A stretch of DNA of 32,000 nucleotides from the NCBI RefSeq assembly GCF_000145295.1, contig NC_014408.1:180001-212000 (forward strand), given 5' to 3'. Every line of letters begins with the position of its first letter. Positions within the stretch are counted from its first letter, which is position 1. This document shows positions 26,300 to 32,000 of this stretch, in pieces. The stretch is from Methanothermobacter marburgensis str. Marburg. GTDB lineage: Archaea > Methanobacteriota > Methanobacteria > Methanobacteriales > Methanothermobacteraceae. A program made the translations under genes and the position numbers. Under the pieces are notes generated by a model. The model was given only the letters and a program-made list of their open reading frames with translations, searched no databases and was not told where the DNA came from.

Positions 26300-26677
26300 A
26301 TGAGGGTTGAGGACGTTATGGTTACAGATGTTGACACCATTGACATATCGGCCAGCCTTGAGGATGTTCTCAGGAACTATGTTGAGAACGGCAAGGGTAG
26401 CTCGGTTGTTGTCAAGGATGGTGTCAAGGTTGGAATTGTAACCACCTGGGACGTGCTTGAGGCAATTGCCGAGGGGGATGATCTTGGAGAGGTCAAGGTA
26501 TGGGAGGTCATGGAGAGGGACCTTGTCACAGTCCCGCCAGGGGCAACCCTGAAGGAGGCCGCTGAGAGGATGGTCAAGAACGTTGTCTGGCGCCTCCTGG
26601 TTGAGGATGATGACGAGATAATCGGTGTGGTCAGTGCAACAGACATACTCAGGGCCAAGATGGCCAAACGCTACTGA
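26300..26677 (+). CDS. CBS-domain pair protein
   Basis: 125-aa ORF with two CBS repeats (VMVTDVDTI..., VMERDLVTV...[10 protein letters not shown]). A GGTGA SD lies 4 nt upstream. Confidence 0.85.
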   Translation: MRVEDVMVTDVDTIDISASLEDVLRNYVENGKGSSVVVKDGVKVGIVTTWDVLEAIAEGDDLGEVKVWEVMERDLVTVPPGATLKEAAERMVKNVVWRLLVEDDDEIIGVVSATDILRAKMAKRY

Positions 26678-26686
26678 AAATTAATA

Positions 26687-26745
26687 TTTTTCTTCAATTG
26701 TGTGGCTAATTGATTTTTATACTTGCTGTTTTTATGGGTAAAAAA
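26687..26745. terminator. oligo-T terminator region between the convergent CBS gene and aglB
   Basis: The plus strand has T5 runs at 26687-91, 26714-18 and 26729-33. The A6 run at 26740-45 gives a T6 on the minus strand, 5 nt after the aglB stop. Confidence 0.45.
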
Positions 26746-26750
26746 TATGG

Positions 26751-29291
26751 TTATGCTGCTGTCCACAGCAGCACACCTGGTTCCTGATGAAGGAACTTAA
26801 AGGATGTCTGGTTGAATCCACCCAGCAGGAACAGTTTCGTGAACACCGCGTCTTCCAGTTCCCTGTTCATTATCACAGTTGTGTACTGATTTCCGCTTCC
26901 AATGACAATGAGGCTGAGCTGGGCGTTGCTGTCCACAATCTCATTTCTGACAAGGAGGTTACCATCAATTATTATGAGTTTGTGGGGGTTTATCCTCTGA
27001 ACGGTCCTGTTGTTACCGATGGCTATCGTTGCGTTTGTCGTATTGCCTTTCTTCTCTATGATGGTTCCAACCAGGTTGTCCTCCACCATTGTGTTGACGG
27101 TCTGGATCACGGTTGTGTTGTTCACAACCTGGGGCTTTGAACTTCCCATTGATGGATAGTAGCCGTACCTTGACCCTGTTTTCTTCTTGAAGTCCCAGGT
27201 TCCGAAATATGTCCACCATGGTGCCTTTCCGAGCATGTCAGAGCTGAGTACAAGCACGAAGGGCTTTGGTTTTGATGGGTGTGAGTATCTGAGTACACTG
27301 TCAGCCTCCTTCTCTGTGAGGCCGTAGCGTCCCGTCATGACTGCCCTGGCATCATCCCTTGAAAGTCCCAGGGTGGATGTCAGTATCTCGGCGGTTTTAC
27401 CACTGTCATTTGTGTAGTTGTCGAGGGTTTCATAGGCAAGGTCCCCGCTGGATGATAGCATTGTGAGTATGCCCCTTGAGAGTGTCTCGTTACTGGTTGT
27501 CAGCGCCTTACCGATCCAGTAAGCCCTTGGGGTGTTCTGTGAACCACCGTCGAATGTCACGGGCCTGTCGGCTGCAACAGCAAAGAGGTGGCCGAAGTCC
27601 CACCATGACATGACCACGGTGTCCTTGCTGGTGTTCTTCTTGATCCATTCCATTGATTTCCACATCCCATCATCTGTGCCTGGGGCAACAGCTGATGTCA
27701 GTGAATGCGCTCCGCTCACAGAGGGGGCCACCACCGCCAGGACAACAAGGGCCATCATGACAGGGGCCCTAACCTCTGGCTTCCTGACCACGTATATGAA
27801 TCCAGCTGCAATCACCCCTGCAAGGAGCTTAACAGCAACTGAGACACCGAAGGGCATTGCAATGGCGATTGCGGCCACAAAGGCAACCAGTGCAATGGAG
27901 GATGTTGTCTTAATATTTTCTCTTAGGTATTCAACCAGGAATCCAGTGAATATCCCTGCTGAGAGTCCCAGGGGTATTGCAAAGGTTGGTATGAACCTTG
28001 AACCCTTCGTGACAGCGTATCCACTCATCACCAGCCATACGGCCATGAGGACAGCGTATAGGAGATAACGGTGCTTCCTTTCGCTGTCGGAGGGCTTGAT
28101 TTTTTGCCTTTTAATGAATTTGCTCTTCTTGCCTGCCTTAATCTTCCTGTCAGCTTCCTTAACCTGAACCTCTGGCTCTCGGTATTTCCACAGGAGGGCT
28201 CCGACACCCAGTACACCGAGAAGGAATACCAGAAGGCCACCAACACCACCGACAACTGATCCCTGTCCTGGCATGAAGAGGTTCTTTGCCCCGGCCCCTG
28301 TGGTTATGAATTCAGGGATCTGCAGCTCTGAAACTGACACATACACGTTGGGGTAGGCTGTTGTCTGGGCCGTTGCCTGTATCTGGGTGGTGCTCACAAG
28401 ACCCGTCACGGCACCGGCCAGGCTGGAAAATCCTCCGAATATGCCTATGAGAATCCCGCCACCTATGAGGAGAACCAGAAGTGGGAATATCTCGCGCTGA
28501 TGCAGCAGCCAGTCAACCTTACCCGTGAACTCTCTATCTGGTTTCTCACCCAGAACGTACCTTGAGATCACGGAGTAAACTATGATGAAGGCCACCAGAA
28601 CGGCCAGATAGAATATGTAACCGACCCATGCAGCTGAGAATACAAGCACTGAAACTGCAGCTGCAAGCGCATAGGCTGTTTTCCTTTTCAGGTCCACTGC
28701 AAGCATGCTCTCTGTGAAGAACCAGAACACCAGCAGTGGAAGCACGAAGTTGAACATGTCGGTGTCAAAGAAACCGGCGTAGGTGTGGGCAACGTAGGTG
28801 GGGACCAGTCCAACCACAAGGGCTGCCGCAACACCGCCGTAGTCATTGGTGATTCTCCTGACGAAGAGGTAGGCAGGGATTACGCAGAGGGAACCTATTA
28901 GGGCCCCCATCCAGAAGGCCACCTCCTTGAGGCTGAAGTCTCCAAAGACGTTTGCCACCCTGTAGGCAGCGGAGGTTATGTACACTATGAGTGGAGGGTA
29001 ATCAACGGGTCTTCCAGGGGGGTAGTAGGAGTGGAGGTCGTAGGGTTTGCCATCGACAAGGGTATCCCCCATTATGCCCTTGGTGAGGTAATTCATTGTG
29101 AGCCTGTAGTTGTAGTAGGAGTCCATCTCACTGAAGTATGGCAGTCCATCTGAGTCCTTATAGAAGTCCTTTGCAGAAGCAGGGACCCCTCCAATGTTAC
29201 TGGCCTCGGCCCTTATATAGAATACGGCTGAGAACAGCAGTATAATTATTATGAAGGGCTTCAATTTTTCAAGCAAATTTCTGATATCCAT
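26751..29291 (-). CDS. aglB: archaeal oligosaccharyltransferase AglB (STT3 family)
   Basis: 846-aa ORF with a polytopic N-terminal half, the WWDFGH (WWDXG) catalytic motif and a soluble C-terminal domain. Confidence 0.9.
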   Translation of the reverse strand: MDIRNLLEKLKPFIIIILLFSAVFYIRAEASNIGGVPASAKDFYKDSDGLPYFSEMDSYYNYRLTMNYLTKGIMGDTLVDGKPYDLHSYYPPGRPVDYPPLIVYITSAAYRVANVFGDFSLKEVAFWMGALIGSLCVIPAYLFVRRITNDYGGVAAALVVGLVPTYVAHTYAGFFDTDMFNFVLPLLVFWFFTESMLAVDLKRKTAYALAAAVSVLVFSAAWVGYIFYLAVLVAFIIVYSVISRYVLGEKPDREFTGKVDWLLHQREIFPLLVLLIGGGILIGIFGGFSSLAGAVTGLVSTTQIQATAQTTAYPNVYVSVSELQIPEFITTGAGAKNLFMPGQGSVVGGVGGLLVFLLGVLGVGALLWKYREPEVQVKEADRKIKAGKKSKFIKRQKIKPSDSERKHRYLLYAVLMAVWLVMSGYAVTKGSRFIPTFAIPLGLSAGIFTGFLVEYLRENIKTTSSIALVAFVAAIAIAMPFGVSVAVKLLAGVIAAGFIYVVRKPEVRAPVMMALVVLAVVAPSVSGAHSLTSAVAPGTDDGMWKSMEWIKKNTSKDTVVMSWWDFGHLFAVAADRPVTFDGGSQNTPRAYWIGKALTTSNETLSRGILTMLSSSGDLAYETLDNYTNDSGKTAEILTSTLGLSRDDARAVMTGRYGLTEKEADSVLRYSHPSKPKPFVLVLSSDMLGKAPWWTYFGTWDFKKKTGSRYGYYPSMGSSKPQVVNNTTVIQTVNTMVEDNLVGTIIEKKGNTTNATIAIGNNRTVQRINPHKLIIIDGNLLVRNEIVDSNAQLSLIVIGSGNQYTTVIMNRELEDAVFTKLFLLGGFNQTSFKFLHQEPGVLLWTAA

Positions 29292-29426
29292 TTAACCGCC
29301 TCTTTACCTTAACTTGGTAATAAATTCAGGAACTTATGGATGATGTATACTCTTTAGTTCAGTAAATACTTATAAACTTTGATCTGTCTCCAGGCTGAGG
29401 CAGTGTCCCGCTGAAAATGTAGCCCA

Positions 29427-31583
29427 TCATGCAGCCGGAACATCGTCAACCGAGCAGGTGAACCGACACCTGGGGAATCCCTTGCAGCCCACGAACTCAC
29501 CGTAACGCCCTGAACGTTTTATAAGATCGGATCCACACTCAGGACACTTACCAACAATTTCTTCACCTTTGGACTCCTTCTTCCCACACGATGGGTCAAG
29601 GCAAGCCCTCTGACGTGGCCTGCCATAGGATATCATTGGAAGGCCGCATTTTTCGCAGCGACTTTTAAGTACACTGGCCCCCCTAGGAAGTGAATACACT
29701 GTCCTGCAATCAGGGTAGCCTGAACACCCCACAAAGGTGCTTTTGTTTCTGGGGGAATATTTTATGACAAGATTCCTGCCACATGCAGGGCATTCACCCA
29801 CAACCCTGCTGTCCTGATAGGCTTTATAGAGGTCCCTGCCTATGTCCTTCATGTTCCTCTCAATATCACTGAGTATGGATTTAACCTCCTCTATGGCCTC
29901 ATCCACCACCCTGTCGCGGCTTATCTTCCCCTCCATGATCTCCTCGAGCTCCCTCTCAAACTGCCTTGTGAGTTCCTCACTGGTTATCTTCTCACAGTAC
30001 TTTGTGAGGGTGTCAATTATGTTCTCACCCAGGGGGCTCACACGTATTTTCTTACCCTCAATGTACTTCCTGTCATAGAGTTTGGCTATTATATCGGCAC
30101 GGGTTGACTTGGTTCCAAGGCCCCTCTTCTCCAGTTCCCTTATGAGTGAGGCTTCGTTGTATCTGGCTGGAGGTTTTGTCTCTTTCTCCAGGGTGGATAC
30201 CCCCACAACGCCCATAACATCGCCCTCGGATATATCAGGGAAAACCTCATCTTCAATTCGGGTGTAGGGGTAGCTGTCCATCCATCCCCTCTTGCTCACC
30301 CTCTTTCTTGAGAAACTGAACTCCTCTCCTCCTATTTCAAGGTCGACCCTCATTGTCTGTAGAACGGCATCCTCACCGAATACGCTGATGAAACGGTGGA
30401 CGATGAGTTCATAGATCTTTCTTTCATCACTGGAAAGATCTGATGGGAGAAGACCTGTCGGGTGTATTGCAGGGTGTGCATCATCCACCTTTTTACCCTC
30501 GTGGGGTTTGAGGGGTTCACTGAGCCCTTCAATGTGCGCACCGAAACGGGGGTCCTCTGAAAGTCTGTCCAGTATCTTACGGTAACCTATGCTTTCAGGG
30601 AGTTTCTGGGATGATGTCCTGGGATAGGAGGTGTAACCCTCGGTGTAGAGGTTCTGTGCGATGGTCTGGGTCTTCTTGGGGCTGAATCCAAATACACGGT
30701 ATGCCTCTGACTGGAGTGATCCAAGGTCAAAGGGCACAGGCGGTTTCCTTACGGTGTCCCTTACCTTCACACCTCTGACCGAGGCATCGCTGCCACTACA
30801 CCTCTCAAGGACCTCATCAACTAGGGGGCGCTGGAATATCTTACCCCTTCTGCTCTCTGCCACGATCCCCGATTCCAGTTCTGCCTGGATTATCCAGTAG
30901 GGGACCGGTTCGAATTCCCTTATCTCCTTCTCCCTTTCAACGAGTATAGCAAGGGTGGGGGTCTGAACCCTCCCGGCAGATAATTTAATGAAGCGGTTGG
31001 TGGCCTCCTTCACGGATTTCATGAGGGACCTTGAGATGTTAACACCAAATATGAAGTCAAGGATGTGCCTTGCAGCGCCGCTGTCCACCTGCCCGCAGTC
31101 AAGTTCTATGGGTTTCTCATATGCGCTCTGTATCTCCTCCCGTGTGAGGGTTGAGAACTTCATCCTGACGGTTTTCTGGAGCGCATCCTCGCCGCAGCCA
31201 TATCTGATGGCGTTGAAACCGATGAGTGTACCCTCTATGTCGTAATCACAGGCATGTATGTAGCGGTCAGCGCCGGCAGCGAACTTTTTTATTACATTGA
31301 GGTAATCCTTAACGTAGTTCTTCTTCTTATCAATCTCATGAAGGGGCGCCCATTCAAGGTCAAAGAAGTGCTCTTCTCCGGGTTTACTCGGGCGAAGTGA
31401 ATAAAGGTGACCAACCGCCGATACGATGGTCACCCTTTTATTGCCTTCAGAATATTCCCAGTAGGACACCTTCCTGTACTTCTTTCTCTCCGCATCTGGA
31501 AAGAGTGCTCCTGCGATCTTCTCTGATGACTTGGGCTTCTCACATATTATAACTTCGTGCATCTTACCACTCAGAATCGTCAC
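29427..31583 (-). CDS. topA: DNA topoisomerase I (type IA) with C-terminal zinc ribbons
   Basis: 718-aa ORF with Toprim motifs ([18 protein letters not shown]) and the active-site Tyr context [10 protein letters not shown]. The C-terminus has repeated CxxC...C ribbons ([31 protein letters not shown]). The start is GTG 31583 (GTGA overlap with the upstream stop) or ATG 31562 ([10 protein letters not shown]). Confidence 0.9.
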   Translation of the reverse strand: MTILSGKMHEVIICEKPKSSEKIAGALFPDAERKKYRKVSYWEYSEGNKRVTIVSAVGHLYSLRPSKPGEEHFFDLEWAPLHEIDKKKNYVKDYLNVIKKFAAGADRYIHACDYDIEGTLIGFNAIRYGCGEDALQKTVRMKFSTLTREEIQSAYEKPIELDCGQVDSGAARHILDFIFGVNISRSLMKSVKEATNRFIKLSAGRVQTPTLAILVEREKEIREFEPVPYWIIQAELESGIVAESRRGKIFQRPLVDEVLERCSGSDASVRGVKVRDTVRKPPVPFDLGSLQSEAYRVFGFSPKKTQTIAQNLYTEGYTSYPRTSSQKLPESIGYRKILDRLSEDPRFGAHIEGLSEPLKPHEGKKVDDAHPAIHPTGLLPSDLSSDERKIYELIVHRFISVFGEDAVLQTMRVDLEIGGEEFSFSRKRVSKRGWMDSYPYTRIEDEVFPDISEGDVMGVVGVSTLEKETKPPARYNEASLIRELEKRGLGTKSTRADIIAKLYDRKYIEGKKIRVSPLGENIIDTLTKYCEKITSEELTRQFERELEEIMEGKISRDRVVDEAIEEVKSILSDIERNMKDIGRDLYKAYQDSRVVGECPACGRNLVIKYSPRNKSTFVGCSGYPDCRTVYSLPRGASVLKSRCEKCGLPMISYGRPRQRACLDPSCGKKESKGEEIVGKCPECGSDLIKRSGRYGEFVGCKGFPRCRFTCSVDDVPAA

Positions 31584-31735
31584 CTGTAGAATCCATAGAA
31601 GTCACTGCAGTAGCTGCACATCGGGTACTTACCGTAATGATAATGGCTTGAGTCATCGGCGTTTATGTTGAACTTCTTATGGCATATGAAGCACACTTCT
31701 ATCTTTTCTTCGTCTGAGGACTTCCCTTCACACAT
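31580..31735 (-). CDS. small zinc-ribbon protein (51 aa), function unknown
   Basis: The 100-aa track ORF overlaps the upstream gene. The internal ATG 31735 has a GGGGAT SD 6 nt upstream and lies 10 nt after the upstream TAG. The product is [51 protein letters not shown], with CFIC...CSYC pairs. Confidence 0.5.
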   Translation of the reverse strand: MCEGKSSDEEKIEVCFICHKKFNINADDSSHYHYGKYPMCSYCSDFYGFYR

Positions 31736-31745
31736 ATATGATCCC

Positions 31746-32000
31746 CTAAACGATCCTGTGCTTCTGAAGAAGAAGGATTTCATCCTTTGTAAGCTTTTTG
31801 CCCTCTTTGAATTTCTCATATATTTCACGGGCTCTCTCCTTCTCCTCAAGATCCCTTTCACGGGTGGCCCTTCTTTTAACATTTCTATTTTCTGATCTGA
31901 GGGCGTTGATCCTTTCGTTTATCCTCTTAATTTTGCCAAGGGTTGACTTGAATTCCTCATGTTTCTCTGAGGCCATCCTGCGGAATTCAAGAAACTTCTC
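31746..32000 (-). CDS. basic coiled-coil protein, C-terminal part (the frame stays open to the window edge)
   Basis: The track gives 76 aa from ATG 31976, but the frame is open upstream to 32000 (EKFLEFRR-MASEKHEEF...). The sequence is charged and heptad-like and ends EIYEKFKEGKKLTKDEILLLQKHRIV. It resembles the C-termini of large archaeal coiled-coil proteins, so the N-terminus is probably outside the window. Confidence 0.55.
   Translation of the reverse strand, partial: EKFLEFRRMASEKHEEFKSTLGKIKRINERINALRSENRNVKRRATRERDLEEKERAREIYEKFKEGKKLTKDEILLLQKHRIV

Noticed and set aside
29427-29498. A 23-aa minus-strand ORF ([23 protein letters not shown]) whose ATG overlaps the topA stop (ATGA).
   Set aside because: It is too short, lacks an SD, and runs through the predicted aglB TATA (TTTATAAGTA). 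The overlap is probably chance.
30904-30916. A tRNA T-arm-like GGTTCGAATTCC.
   Set aside because: It lies inside the topA CDS, is one base off the consensus, and has no flanking acceptor or anticodon arms. No tRNA-like sequences were seen in any spacer.
1-32000. Search for CRISPR arrays, transposase/integrase genes, toxin-antitoxin pairs, restriction-modification or other defence islands, inteins and long (over 30 bp) dispersed repeats.
   Set aside because: None was seen. Every ORF of at least 100 aa that is not an antisense shadow has a housekeeping assignment. Gene sizes are normal for their families, and the only tandem repeat found is the 20-bp promoter duplication.

Overview
This window reads as a densely packed core-chromosome segment of a Methanothermobacter-like (Methanobacteriales) methanogen. 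I call 38 CDS, 34 of them on the minus strand. All protein identifications rest on motifs read from the ORF translations; no database search was possible. The gene order matches my unverified recollection of the M. thermautotrophicus MTH1588-MTH1626 interval (archease MTH1598, Cdc6-2 MTH1599, PDCD5-like MTH1615, Rpp21 MTH1618). From left to right the window contains: (1) a gamma-CA-like gene, glmU-like, glmM, apgM, a DUF92 membrane protein and rps3ae; (2) a tight string of archease, rtcB, MTA phosphorylase, an iron-sulfur flavoprotein and a NifX-like gene; (3) orc1/cdc6 flanked by two unusually long non-coding spacers; (4) mptE-like, a class-V aminotransferase, an orphan ALS-like TPP enzyme, acs, a dUTPase-family gene, a 4-OT tautomerase and a REC-GAF-PAS response regulator; (5) the archaeal translation/ribosome-biogenesis string ftsY, pfdA, rplX, eif6, rpl31e, rpl39e, a PP-loop ATPase, a PDCD5-like gene, rps19e, a YhbY-like gene, rpp21, a Fap7-like kinase and thi4; (6) a DRG GTPase, a CBS protein, aglB, topA, a small zinc-ribbon ORF and a partial coiled-coil gene. 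I found no rRNA or tRNA genes, CRISPR arrays, transposases, integrases or recognisable defence genes. I do not see a discrete novel system. The best leads are modest. They are the redox genes fused to the archease-rtcB operon, the motif-bearing spacers around cdc6, an uncharacterised PP-loop ATPase wedged into the ribosomal string, an 86-nt out-of-frame rpp21/yhbY overlap, and a small Zn-ribbon ORF coupled to topA. Several ORF-track starts are GTG/TTG or over-extended, and I re-called them from SD/TATA context.
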